A stretch of 32,000 nt of DNA from positions 1,800,001 through 1,832,000 of the forward strand of contig CBDCNV010000001.1 in NCBI GenBank assembly GCA_965219535.1. Reading direction: 5' to 3'. The translations under genes were made by a program, and so were the position numbers. Under the pieces are notes generated by a model. That model was not told the DNA's origin. It ran no database searches and saw only the letters and a list, made by a program, of their open reading frames with translations. Position 1 is the first letter of the stretch. The number at the start of each line of letters is the position of its first letter. The stretch comes from Opitutales bacterium (GTDB taxonomy: Bacteria > Verrucomicrobiota > Verrucomicrobiia > Opitutales > PNEW01). This document shows positions 1-8,319 of this stretch, piece by piece.

Positions 1-184
1 CAGCGTATTTATTCGTCATCACAGATCCTGTTGCTTCCATTACGGCAGGAAGAGTAAAGTTTTCTGAAGCAATAAGTTCTAAATGGTTATGCTGACGTTT
101 TTTTTCCAGCGCGATAGCTTCGTAAACTTCAGGATCGAGTGTTTCCAGGTTTTCACTGTTTATCATGGGGGTGTCAGTGATCAT
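1..184 (-). CDS. glyA: Serine hydroxymethyltransferase, N-terminal fragment (gene continues past the left window edge)
   Basis: My own minus-strand translation from ATG 184..182 (a second in-frame ATG lies at 166..164) gives [61 protein letters not shown]. This contains the SHMT family block [20 protein letters not shown]. It is absent from the ORF track because the window edge truncates it. Confidence 0.88.
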   Translation of the reverse strand, partial: MITDTPMINSENLETLDPEVYEAIALEKKRQHNHLELIASENFTLPAVMEATGSVMTNKYA

Positions 185-311
185 AGGGGCAATTATATTT
201 TATTGGTTAGTATAAATGTGTGGAAATAGAAAATTCTTTATTATCCCAATTTTGTCAATTTTGCATTCGGCTGATCTACACGTTTAAATCCTCGGTAGAT
301 GGGATTATAGT

Positions 312-806
312 CTAATCTTTCTCAGGCTTATGACTATTTTTAAGGTATTTAATAATATAGGGAATAGCTTCGACAATACTGTCACGACAAGATTCATAAA
401 CTGACAAATTAGTTCCGAATGGATCAGAGATTTCCAGTTCCGTGGTTGAGGGAATGTGTTCACGAAAGAGTTGAATCGGGATTTTGGATTGAGGGAAGAG
501 CCTCCGGAGGTATTGGCGGTGGGACTCGGTCATACAGAATACAACGATGGAATCCTCTATCAATTTATTAGTTACTTGACTACTTCGGTGGTCAGTTAGG
601 TCTAAACCTACTTTTTTTAAAGCGTTGATCGCATGAGTGGAAGCGGGACCTTTATTTACCGCTGAAACGCCAGCAGATATCACGCGATAGGTGCACCAGG
701 GATCATTTTCCGCGCCCAAGGCGTGCTGCAGTAATTTTGCAGCCATAGGGCTGCGGCAGCTATTACCCGTACAGATACAAGTAATTAATGGTGCTTTTTC
801 AGCCAT
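312..806 (-). CDS. Low-molecular-weight protein phosphatase (LMW-PTP / YwlE-like)
   Basis: 164 aa ORF. The CX5R P-loop reads CTGNSCRS (LITCICTGNSCRSPMA) and the catalytic Asp-Pro loop reads SDPFG near the C-terminus. Length is typical of LMW-PTPs. It lies directly upstream of glyA on the same strand. Confidence 0.85.
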   Translation of the reverse strand: MAEKAPLITCICTGNSCRSPMAAKLLQHALGAENDPWCTYRVISAGVSAVNKGPASTHAINALKKVGLDLTDHRSSQVTNKLIEDSIVVFCMTESHRQYLRRLFPQSKIPIQLFREHIPSTTELEISDPFGTNLSVYESCRDSIVEAIPYIIKYLKNSHKPEKD

Positions 807-965
807 GGAAGACTTAGCATGATGACGGTGAGGTGACTAATTGTAAAGCTGCAATGAATCTGAATAGGGGGTACTTGCTGATGCGTTAGAATAGCTTAGG
901 TTCTCCTAATGCCTACTGATAAATTTATAAATTCCCCTCCTGGTTTTTGACTGATCGAGAGCTAA

Positions 966-2240
966 TTAAACTAAACGTCGTAACTCCCTTGCTCCAATAT
1001 CACGTCGAAAATAAACCGAAGGATACCGCACTTGTTCACAGTAGGCGTATGCATCGTGCGCTGCTGTCTCTAAGTCTTTACCCAAGGCTGTGACACCTAA
1101 TACGCGTCCACCATTGGTCAGGATTTTACCCTCATCACCCAATCTTGTCCCGGCATGAATAACATGAATATTTTCCGGAGTATTATTGGGGAAATCAATG
1201 ATTTCTCCACTCGGGTAGGTTTCCGGGTAACCCTGGCTAGCCAGCACTACGACACATGCGCTTTTATTTTTAAATTTTACGGCTTCGGGCTCCAAAGTGT
1301 TAGTCGCGCAAGCGTAGATCAGCTTAATTGGGTCTGTATCGATCAAGGGAAGTAAAACTTGTGTTTCAGGATCACCAAAACGGACATTAAATTCTATTAC
1401 TTTTGGCCCCTCGTCAGTAATCATAATCCCGATATAGAGAGCTCCATGATAATCTATTTCTTCACTCTTCAGTCCCGCAAGCGTCGGTTCAATAATGTCC
1501 TTATTAATTTGCAGCTGAATCTTATCTGTAACAACCGAGGCAGGCGCGTAAGCTCCCATTCCCCCAGTATTGAGACCGGTGTCATTTTCACCAATACGCT
1601 TGTGGTCCTGGCTGGGTGGCAGTGCCAGATATTTCTCTCCTGAAACAATTATATGAATGGATGCTTCCTCTCCCTGTAAATATTCTTCGATCACAATTTC
1701 TTTTCCGCTCGCACCAAATAATTCTCCAGAGAGCATCTTTTGAATACTGGATTCAGCATCTTTTTTATTATCGGAAATAATTACGCCTTTACCCGCCGCT
1801 AACCCATCGGCTTTTATGACGATGGGAAATGAACTTTCTTCCAGGTAATCCAATGCTGGCTCCAATTGTGAAAAAGTTGCTGAATCTGCCGTGGGGATCG
1901 CGTATTTAGCAAGAAACTGTTTGGTAAATACCTTACTTCCTTCCAAGCGAGCCGCTTTTCGGTTAGGGCCAAAGGCAGGTATATTTTCAGCCTGGAGCGC
2001 GTCAATGGCTCCCAGACAAAGAGGGATTTCTGGCCCGACAATAACGAAATCAACCTGTTCTTCTTTTGCCAGGTTAACAATACTTTTTACATCATCCACA
2101 TCGACTGAACGGCAACTAGTGTCCATAGCCATGCCGCCATTTCCAGGTGCTGCAATGACGCTTTTTACCAATGGACTGGCTAGACAAGCACGGACCATCG
2201 CATGCTCCCTACCTCCTGAACCAATTATCAACACTTTCAT
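966..2240 (-). CDS. purD: Phosphoribosylamine--glycine ligase (GAR synthetase)
   Basis: 424 aa. The N-terminus MKVLIIGSGGREHAM is the classic PurD signature. The ATP-grasp body (VIKADGLAAGKGV, EFNVRFGDPE) and the length also fit. Confidence 0.96.
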   Translation of the reverse strand: MKVLIIGSGGREHAMVRACLASPLVKSVIAAPGNGGMAMDTSCRSVDVDDVKSIVNLAKEEQVDFVIVGPEIPLCLGAIDALQAENIPAFGPNRKAARLEGSKVFTKQFLAKYAIPTADSATFSQLEPALDYLEESSFPIVIKADGLAAGKGVIISDNKKDAESSIQKMLSGELFGASGKEIVIEEYLQGEEASIHIIVSGEKYLALPPSQDHKRIGENDTGLNTGGMGAYAPASVVTDKIQLQINKDIIEPTLAGLKSEEIDYHGALYIGIMITDEGPKVIEFNVRFGDPETQVLLPLIDTDPIKLIYACATNTLEPEAVKFKNKSACVVVLASQGYPETYPSGEIIDFPNNTPENIHVIHAGTRLGDEGKILTNGGRVLGVTALGKDLETAAHDAYAYCEQVRYPSVYFRRDIGARELRRLV

Positions 2241-2416
2241 ATAGTTTATCTTTTGTTAATAGGCATTCATAGAAAGGCAAATTAATTGCAGGGTAAAGTT
2301 TTGTATTAGAGCTTTTCAACAGTGAATATGTGACTGGCATTACGTGATCATTTAAATTTGTATTCATCATCTATAATTGAATTGTCTTATATTTCTTTAT
2401 GACCTGATATTTATTC
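2241..2416. promoter_or_regulatory. Divergent promoter region between purD (-) and mpl (+)
   Basis: Inferred only from geometry: a 176-bp AT-rich gap between two divergent start codons. I could not assign confident -35/-10 boxes. Confidence 0.35.
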
Positions 2417-3841
2417 ATGCGGATTTATTTTATGGGCATTTGCGGGACGGCAATGGGCAATACCGCAGTCATGTTAAAAAGACTAGGTCATACAATTTAC
2501 GGCGCAGATACAGGTGTCTACCCACCCATGTCCGATGTGCTGGCAGATGCAGGTATTGCGATCGCGGATGGTTTTAACTCTAAGAATCTGGAAGATCTCA
2601 CACCCGATCTAGTCGTAGTGGGTAATACTATTTCACGTGGAAATCCTGAAATAGAATGGCTACTCGAATCCAGGCGATTTGCTTTTACATCATTGCCAGC
2701 TCTGCTCCAGGATTTTCTCTTAAATGATCGTCTTAACGTTGTCGTTACCGGTACGCATGGGAAAACAACAACCAGCTCAATTGCTGCTTATCTCCTGGAT
2801 AAGGCGGGTTCTGTCCCGGGTTATCTTATTGGTGGCGTCCCCTACGATCTGCCCGCGGGAGCTAGTGAAGGAAAAAAAGGCGGACCTTTTGTCATAGAGG
2901 GAGATGAATACGATAGCGCATTTTTTGATAAGCGGAGCAAATTTATACATTATCTGCCTACTATCCTTGTTATCAATAACCTTGAATTTGATCACAGTGA
3001 TATATTTCGAGATCTAGCGGATGTGAAGCGCAGCTTCAGTCATTTATTACGCATTGTCCCCGCCAATGGTCATGTCCTAATTAATGGTGACGACGATAAT
3101 ATTGTCTCGCTTCTCCCTGTCCCCTGGACGCATAGCATCAAGGTAGGTGTTGGCGAGGAAAACGAATTACGCATCGATGATTTTCAAGAGTCGCCAAATG
3201 AAACCCATTTTAATCTCTATTGGCGTGGGGAGCTATGGGGTGGTGTCAATTGGAGTCAGCCAGGGCTCTTTAACGCGCGTAATGCGGCGATGGCGGCTTT
3301 AGCCGCAGGTTTAACATTACACCCTGAAAATCCAACCATGTTATCACTTGAGGAGATCAATAATTTTAATGGCGTTAAACGGAGACAGGAATTACTGATC
3401 AATAATAAGAGGATTAAATTACTGGAAGATTTTGCTCATCATCCAACGGCAATTGAACAGACGTTGGAATCCCTTCGCCGTCGCTACCCCGATCATAAAA
3501 TTACGGTTGCTTTTGAACCGCGTAGCAATACATCAAGATCCGATGTTTTTCAGCAAGAGTTCACTCGTTCATTGAGTGCTGCTGATCAGGTATTGATTGG
3601 CGCTGTCCATGAGGGGCAAAAATTACTTCCCGACTCCAGACTCAATACTACGCAACTCGCGGCTGAACTAAATAGTGATAACATTTCCGCTCAGGCATTT
3701 TCGAGTAATTTAGCGTTGTTGGAAACATTGTGGGAGCTAACTTTAAAAGCGATAGATCAAGACCAGGTTATAATTTTATTCACCAATGGTTCATTCGACG
3801 GAATTATTCCAAAATTAGTAAAACGAATTGAGAATATTTGA
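2417..3841 (+). CDS. mpl: UDP-N-acetylmuramate:L-alanyl-gamma-D-glutamyl-meso-diaminopimelate ligase (murein peptide ligase)
   Basis: 474 aa. The N-terminus MRIYFMGICGTAMG and the Mur-ligase P-loop GTHGKTTTSS are present. Length and the EGDEYDSAFFDKRSKF block are typical of Mpl rather than MurC. Confidence 0.88.
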   Translation: MRIYFMGICGTAMGNTAVMLKRLGHTIYGADTGVYPPMSDVLADAGIAIADGFNSKNLEDLTPDLVVVGNTISRGNPEIEWLLESRRFAFTSLPALLQDFLLNDRLNVVVTGTHGKTTTSSIAAYLLDKAGSVPGYLIGGVPYDLPAGASEGKKGGPFVIEGDEYDSAFFDKRSKFIHYLPTILVINNLEFDHSDIFRDLADVKRSFSHLLRIVPANGHVLINGDDDNIVSLLPVPWTHSIKVGVGEENELRIDDFQESPNETHFNLYWRGELWGGVNWSQPGLFNARNAAMAALAAGLTLHPENPTMLSLEEINNFNGVKRRQELLINNKRIKLLEDFAHHPTAIEQTLESLRRRYPDHKITVAFEPRSNTSRSDVFQQEFTRSLSAADQVLIGAVHEGQKLLPDSRLNTTQLAAELNSDNISAQAFSSNLALLETLWELTLKAIDQDQVIILFTNGSFDGIIPKLVKRIENI

Positions 3842-3863
3842 GCTTAAAAAGCGCAGACTGGTA

Positions 3864-5153
3864 TCACTTGATATTTTTAAATAGTATTTTCGAATTTCTG
3901 TTACTCTCAAGAAGAGTTTTGAGCCGAACTTCAGGTAAATCTTTTTTTGTGCCTTCAGAAAATCCGCATATCTCATGAAAAAATGAAAAACTTTGCGTTG
4001 TCAGGGCAAAAATCTTTTCACGGCCGAGACGTATAGCTTCGCTACACGCGAAATCGACCATTTTTTTACCTGCGCCTTTTCCTTGATAAAAAGGAAGGAC
4101 ATAAACGGCGGCCAGTTCCATTACCGCGTCATCAGGATAATCAACTAAACAGGAACATGCGACGATGCTTTCATCGATCTCGAGGACATAAAAGGAATTG
4201 ATTTCGTCCATAATTGAATTATGCGTACGCGGTTTCAGAATCTCGTCTTTAGCCGCGGTTTTCGTAATGTTGTAAATGATCTGAGCATCCGTGTGTGCGG
4301 CTTTCCTGATCTGTTGATACTCATTACCATGAATCATTGTGCCGATCCCTTCGCTGGAGAATACCTCAGTGAGGAGGCCATCATACAGTCGGCCGTCGAT
4401 GATGTGAGCGCGCGGGACACCGCGCGCAATCGCTTTCACTGCATGATAAGTTTTACTTCGGATATCCTCATCAATTGATTGTGGATTTTCATCGCAGGTT
4501 TTTTGGATATCATGGAAAGTGATGTTGCGAATAAATTTTCCGTTTATCGTGATCCCGGGGTAAAGAGAAAGATAGATGAGTTTTGACGCATCGAGACCAA
4601 TTGCCAATTCAGCTGCCAGGTCATCCGAATTAATACGTAGCGAATCTCCAGATCGACTAAAAGCTATGGGCGAGAAAATAGGTAGAATAGCTTCTTTCAG
4701 TTGATGACTGATGAAATCAATATCAATTTTATCAACTTTCCCTCGATTAATTTGATCCTCACCGCCTACGATACCCACTTCAGTGGCGCGAACGGCATTG
4801 CTGAGTGAGCACTTCATCGCCTTTTGCGTGAGACCTTGGGTCGTGATATGGCTGACGTGCGCCGCTGCTTTTATAGCCAAGGCAAGTGTTTCCCCATCGA
4901 TTACCCCCTCTCCGTGAGCATCGGATAGTGTCAATTTTTCTTTATTGGCTAATTGTTTGAGCTGTTCGCCGATACCGAAAACGATTACAATCTTAATACT
5001 TAAACTTCTTAATACAGCGATATCTAGTAACAGATTTTCAAAATTTTCGTTCTCAATAACACTGCCATCGATGGCAATAACGAAAATATGGTCTCGGAAG
5101 AGGGGGACATATTTTAATATGCCTCTTAAATCAACTGGTTTGATATCTGAAAT
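3864..5153 (-). CDS. argA: N-acetylglutamate synthase (amino-acid kinase domain + GNAT domain); the 5' end is extended beyond the ORF-track call to a probable ATT start
   Basis: The ORF track gives 3864..4934 starting at TTG. The frame stays open to the TAA at 5159..5157. The extra 73 codons encode ..LRGILKYVPLFRDHIFVIAIDGSVIENENFENLLLDIAVLRSLSIKIVIVFGIGEQL, which is the conserved N-terminal strand and Gly loop of the AAK fold as in ArgA. The C-terminal GNAT carries the acetyl-CoA motif QGKGAGKKM. The product call is solid; the start codon is uncertain (see findings). Confidence 0.85.
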   Translation of the reverse strand: MSDIKPVDLRGILKYVPLFRDHIFVIAIDGSVIENENFENLLLDIAVLRSLSIKIVIVFGIGEQLKQLANKEKLTLSDAHGEGVIDGETLALAIKAAAHVSHITTQGLTQKAMKCSLSNAVRATEVGIVGGEDQINRGKVDKIDIDFISHQLKEAILPIFSPIAFSRSGDSLRINSDDLAAELAIGLDASKLIYLSLYPGITINGKFIRNITFHDIQKTCDENPQSIDEDIRSKTYHAVKAIARGVPRAHIIDGRLYDGLLTEVFSSEGIGTMIHGNEYQQIRKAAHTDAQIIYNITKTAAKDEILKPRTHNSIMDEINSFYVLEIDESIVACSCLVDYPDDAVMELAAVYVLPFYQGKGAGKKMVDFACSEAIRLGREKIFALTTQSFSFFHEICGFSEGTKKDLPEVRLKTLLESNRNSKILFKNIK

Positions 5154-5330
5154 ATTTTAGCCTGTATTAAATATTTTAGTATCGATTGAAATAGTGAAGA
5201 TTTTCACATATAATTAATCATCATAAAGCTACAGAGGATGGCGCAATCGAATTAGCTAAATCTTCACGCAAGAAGGAAGATATTTAGCAATTAAATTCAG
5301 AAAATATCAAATTACTGAAAAAGAAAAAAT

Positions 5331-5726
5331 TTAATCCGGCTCATCGTAATCACCGAGAGGCTCTTCAAAGCACCACAATGGATTCGTCCCCGGGCGTGAA
5401 TATTTTTCGGTAATTTGTTCCAGGCGTTGAGCGAGATCGCGCATTAAGCGCCAGGTGAGATGGGGACGAGTGCGTATAATCTCATCAATCCCCTGAGAGA
5501 GATAGACGACTCTACAATCTGTTTCGGCTTTTACATTGCAGCTGCGCTTTCGTCCTAAAATATCGCTCATCTCCCCAAAGATCGTCCCTGGTACCTTCAA
5601 TTTACCTACAACTTTTTCCCCCTTAAGAACGTTCAATGTTCCCGAGCGCAGTATAAAAAATCCTTTTCCATCTTCATCCTCTTTTATGATCAGGTCGCCG
5701 GGCTTATAATTGATTACTTTACTCAT
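5331..5726 (-). CDS. Stand-alone cyclic-nucleotide-binding (CAP effector-type) domain protein
   Basis: 131 aa. The phosphate-binding cassette reads GTIFGEMSDILGRKRSCNVKA (consensus FGE...R[ST]A). The upstream beta-roll segment is FFILRSGTLNV. No output domain is attached. Confidence 0.75.
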   Translation of the reverse strand: MSKVINYKPGDLIIKEDEDGKGFFILRSGTLNVLKGEKVVGKLKVPGTIFGEMSDILGRKRSCNVKAETDCRVVYLSQGIDEIIRTRPHLTWRLMRDLAQRLEQITEKYSRPGTNPLWCFEEPLGDYDEPD

Positions 5727-5801
5727 AATATAATATTAAATTGCAATGTGACCTTGCTTTCAAGCATTCTGTTCACGTGCAAGTTTTAAAGTTAAATAAG
5801 A

Positions 5802-6755
5802 TTGCATTCAAGTCAATTGAGCGAGCATAAATCAAATAAAATATCTGACCTATTTGAAGAAAAGATTCAAGAATTTCTTGCTTATCTTGAATTAGAGAAA
5901 GGAATGTCTGCGCATACGGTTGAAAATTATCACCGTGATTTGTTTCAATGCGCTGAGTATCTTACTTCATTAAAAATCAATAACTGGCGGAATGTGGAGA
6001 ATGAGCATGTGTCTTTATGGATAAGTACGCTATCACGAAAAAATTTTGCGGTCGCCAGTATTGCGCGTAAACTTTCAACGGTCAGAATGATGGCGAGGTA
6101 TTTAATTAAGGAAGGTTACTGTAAAGATGACATGACCGCCCTTATCACCGGTCCTAAGGTTTCTCGCCGGCTGCCCGTTACCCTTACGGTCGAGGAAATA
6201 AATAAGCTTCTCCATGCACCTGATTCCAAGACACCCCAGGGCATACGTGACCACGCGATAATCGAATTATTTTACAGCAGTGGATTGCGTGTTTCTGAAT
6301 TGTCGGCATTGGCATTGCATGAAGTGGATTTGGAAAATGAATACTTGAGGGTAACCGCGGGGAAAGGTGATAAGCAGCGAGTCGTTCCGATCGGGAGCAA
6401 AGCGCGTGAAGCAATAGAAGTCTATCTCACCACTTCACGTCCGAAATTAGTAAAACCCAAAACGGGGAGCGCGCTTTTTATCAGTAATCGAGGTCAAGCA
6501 ATTTCGCGCAAGACAGTTTGGCTGATGCTTAAGAATTACGCCGAAAAAGCGCATATCAATAAACCGGTAAAGCCCCATATTCTGCGCCATTCATTTGCTA
6601 CGCACTTGCTAAGTGGTGGAGCCGATTTAAGAGCCATTCAAGAAATGCTTGGGCATGCTGATATTACCACGACGCAGATTTATACGGCAGTAGAAAAAAA
6701 ACGCCTCATAGAACAGCATGAAGAGTTTCATCCTCGTAAGGATCGAACCGCTTAA
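5802..6755 (+). CDS. xerD: Site-specific tyrosine recombinase, XerC/XerD family (XerD-like)
   Basis: 317 aa with a TTG start. The N-terminal SAM-like core-binding domain reads IQEFLAYLELEKGMSAHTVENYHRDL. The catalytic domain has GLRVSEL, HILRHSFATHLL and LGHADITTTQIYT (RHRY tyrosine). XerC versus XerD cannot be settled by eye. Confidence 0.88.
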   Translation: MHSSQLSEHKSNKISDLFEEKIQEFLAYLELEKGMSAHTVENYHRDLFQCAEYLTSLKINNWRNVENEHVSLWISTLSRKNFAVASIARKLSTVRMMARYLIKEGYCKDDMTALITGPKVSRRLPVTLTVEEINKLLHAPDSKTPQGIRDHAIIELFYSSGLRVSELSALALHEVDLENEYLRVTAGKGDKQRVVPIGSKAREAIEVYLTTSRPKLVKPKTGSALFISNRGQAISRKTVWLMLKNYAEKAHINKPVKPHILRHSFATHLLSGGADLRAIQEMLGHADITTTQIYTAVEKKRLIEQHEEFHPRKDRTA

Positions 6756-6805
6756 ATCGTTGTTCTCGATGGTGGGAAAAGAACACTTATAGTCATGGGC
6801 TGCTC

Positions 6806-7453
6806 TTATCGACTCAACAGGCTCATGAGGAAAACGACACAGACGGATATGCTCATAATAATGAGTGATAAAATGACGGCTTGACTAATTTCTCCGGATT
6901 CTACGGCAAAAAATATCGCAATGGGCACAGTCTGAGTTTTACCGGGAATATTACCGGCAATCATAAGTGTGGCACCGAATTCCCCCAGCGCTCTCATGAA
7001 ACTCAACACGATTGCCGCTGCCATACTGGTCCAGCATAAGGGGATCATAACCACCCAGATGATTTTCCATTCGCTGAACCCAAATATTCGAGCGACATCA
7101 AGTAGATTGGGTTCGATTTGTAGAAAAGCCGCGCGAACAGTTTGATACATGAGGGGGAAGGTAACTACCGTGGCGGCAAGTACAGCTGCGGGCCAAGAAA
7201 AAATGATGGAGACTCCGATCGAGGAAAGCGCTTCCCCAATGGGGGATTGTCTCCCAAAGATCATCAGCAGACATAGACCAATTACCGTTGGTGGTAGAGC
7301 GAGAGGGAAGAGGAGTATGCCATCGAGGATATCGAGGCCACGATGTTTATAGCGTAAACGCCACCGTGCAGTCAGCACACCTAAGACAAAAGTGATAGCA
7401 GTTGCCGCCGACGCGGTTTTTAATGAAAGCCACAGAGGTGTGAGATCGATCAT
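6806..7453 (-). CDS. modB: Molybdate ABC transporter permease
   Basis: 215 aa polytopic membrane protein. The ModB-type EAA loop reads MRALGEFGATLMIAGNIPGKTQTVPIAIF. It sits immediately downstream of modA (11-nt gap). Confidence 0.88.
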   Translation of the reverse strand: MIDLTPLWLSLKTASAATAITFVLGVLTARWRLRYKHRGLDILDGILLFPLALPPTVIGLCLLMIFGRQSPIGEALSSIGVSIIFSWPAAVLAATVVTFPLMYQTVRAAFLQIEPNLLDVARIFGFSEWKIIWVVMIPLCWTSMAAAIVLSFMRALGEFGATLMIAGNIPGKTQTVPIAIFFAVESGEISQAVILSLIIMSISVCVVFLMSLLSR

Positions 7454-7464
7454 TGTTAAAGGGC

Positions 7465-8262
7465 TTATTCAGTGAGCTGTGGGGACAGCTTTTCATCTGT
7501 GCGAAAACCATAATCTTGAAATAATTTTAAGGAACTTTTCTCTTCCACGAAATGCAAAAAAGTGTTTGCCAGTTCAGAGTGATGTGAAGTTTGAATAATC
7601 GCATGATAGTAATTAATGGGCTGATGGGTTGAGGGATCTACCGTAGCAACAATTCTAATATATTTAGATTTTAGAGCATCTGTCTTATAGACAAGACCGG
7701 CATCGACATTTTTACTTTCAACATAAGTAATTGTCTGAAGCGCATTTTTTGCGAATACCAGTTTAGGGCGAATAATTTCAAGGAGCTCCATAGAGCGAAG
7801 CGTATCCATCGCATAACGTCCTACCGGGACAGAATTAAAATCACCAACAGCAATCTTATCCACGCTCGGCCCACTCAAATCAATAAAGTCATTTATCGTG
7901 GAATTGGTATTGTGGGTAATCAAAACAAGGCTATTAGAGAGGATAGATTGATGAGAATCCCTTTCAACTAAGCCTTTATTTAGCAAGGATTCCATATCAT
8001 CCGAAGCAGCGGACATAAAGATGTCGACGGGTGCTCCATTTTCGATCTGATGACGCAGAGAGCCGGAGCTCCCAAAGTTAAAGACTAGCTGGGAGTGGGG
8101 ATAGGTGAGATTGAATTGATTGGCAATATCCATTAGAGGTGCGCGCAAGCTTATCGCAGCTGAGATTGTCAATGCTTCTCTTTTAGCACATGAAACTATA
8201 GCAACCGTTAAAAAGAGCACGGTTAAACCGGTAATCATTGCTAAAGTGGATTTCGCTATCAT
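7465..8262 (-). CDS. modA: Molybdate ABC transporter periplasmic binding lipoprotein
   Basis: 265 aa. The signal peptide has a lipobox (TVAIVSC). ModA blocks are ISAAISL, NFGSSGSLRHQIENGAPVDIFMSAAS and DKIAVGDFNSVPVGRYA. Confidence 0.88.
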   Translation of the reverse strand: MIAKSTLAMITGLTVLFLTVAIVSCAKREALTISAAISLRAPLMDIANQFNLTYPHSQLVFNFGSSGSLRHQIENGAPVDIFMSAASDDMESLLNKGLVERDSHQSILSNSLVLITHNTNSTINDFIDLSGPSVDKIAVGDFNSVPVGRYAMDTLRSMELLEIIRPKLVFAKNALQTITYVESKNVDAGLVYKTDALKSKYIRIVATVDPSTHQPINYYHAIIQTSHHSELANTFLHFVEEKSSLKLFQDYGFRTDEKLSPQLTE

Positions 8263-8319
8263 TTATCGTTTGCGTAATTGATTTTTCGCTCGCGATATTT
8301 CCAGCAGTTCATCCTAGTA

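Noticed and set aside
922-933. Perfect 12-bp palindrome AATTTATAAATT between purD and the LMW phosphatase gene. Similar AT-only palindromes occur at 14724..14737 (TTAACACTTGTTAA) and in 13504..13518, and CTTGATCAAG occurs at 25846..25855.
   Set aside because: Short AT-rich palindromes are expected by chance in AT-rich intergenic DNA. None recurs elsewhere in the window, and no cognate regulator is evident.
1155-2244. ORF-track entries 1155..1355(+), 1359..1643(+), 1814..2080(-) and 1891..2244(+) inside the purD locus
   Set aside because: They lie antisense to or out of frame with a full-length, strongly conserved purD. Their translations are low-complexity with no motifs, so they are typical shadow ORFs.
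2241-2416. Purine/ZTP riboswitch upstream of purD, and a Moco riboswitch upstream of modA (8263..8319)
   Set aside because: I saw no conserved core strings of these riboswitches on the relevant strand. The modA leader is only about 57 nt, too short for a Moco element.
4945-5160. 71-aa plus-strand ORF upstream of the annotated argA ORF
   Set aside because: It is antisense to the conserved N-terminal coding extension of argA. Its translation has no recognisable features.
5154-5330. Possible ARG box (ArgR operator) and a small hairpin GTGAA-GATT-TTCAC upstream of argA
   Set aside because: The best ARG-box candidate (around AATTAAATTCAG) matches only one half-site of the remembered TNTGAATWWWWATTCANW consensus. 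The hairpin has a 5-bp stem with no flanking T-run.
5802-6755. The tyrosine recombinase as a marker of an integrated mobile element
   Set aside because: It has the XerC/D-type N-terminal domain and C-terminal motifs. It is flanked by housekeeping genes (argA, modAB), with no tRNA, direct repeats, phage or transposase genes nearby. A chromosomal dimer-resolution Xer recombinase is the simpler reading.
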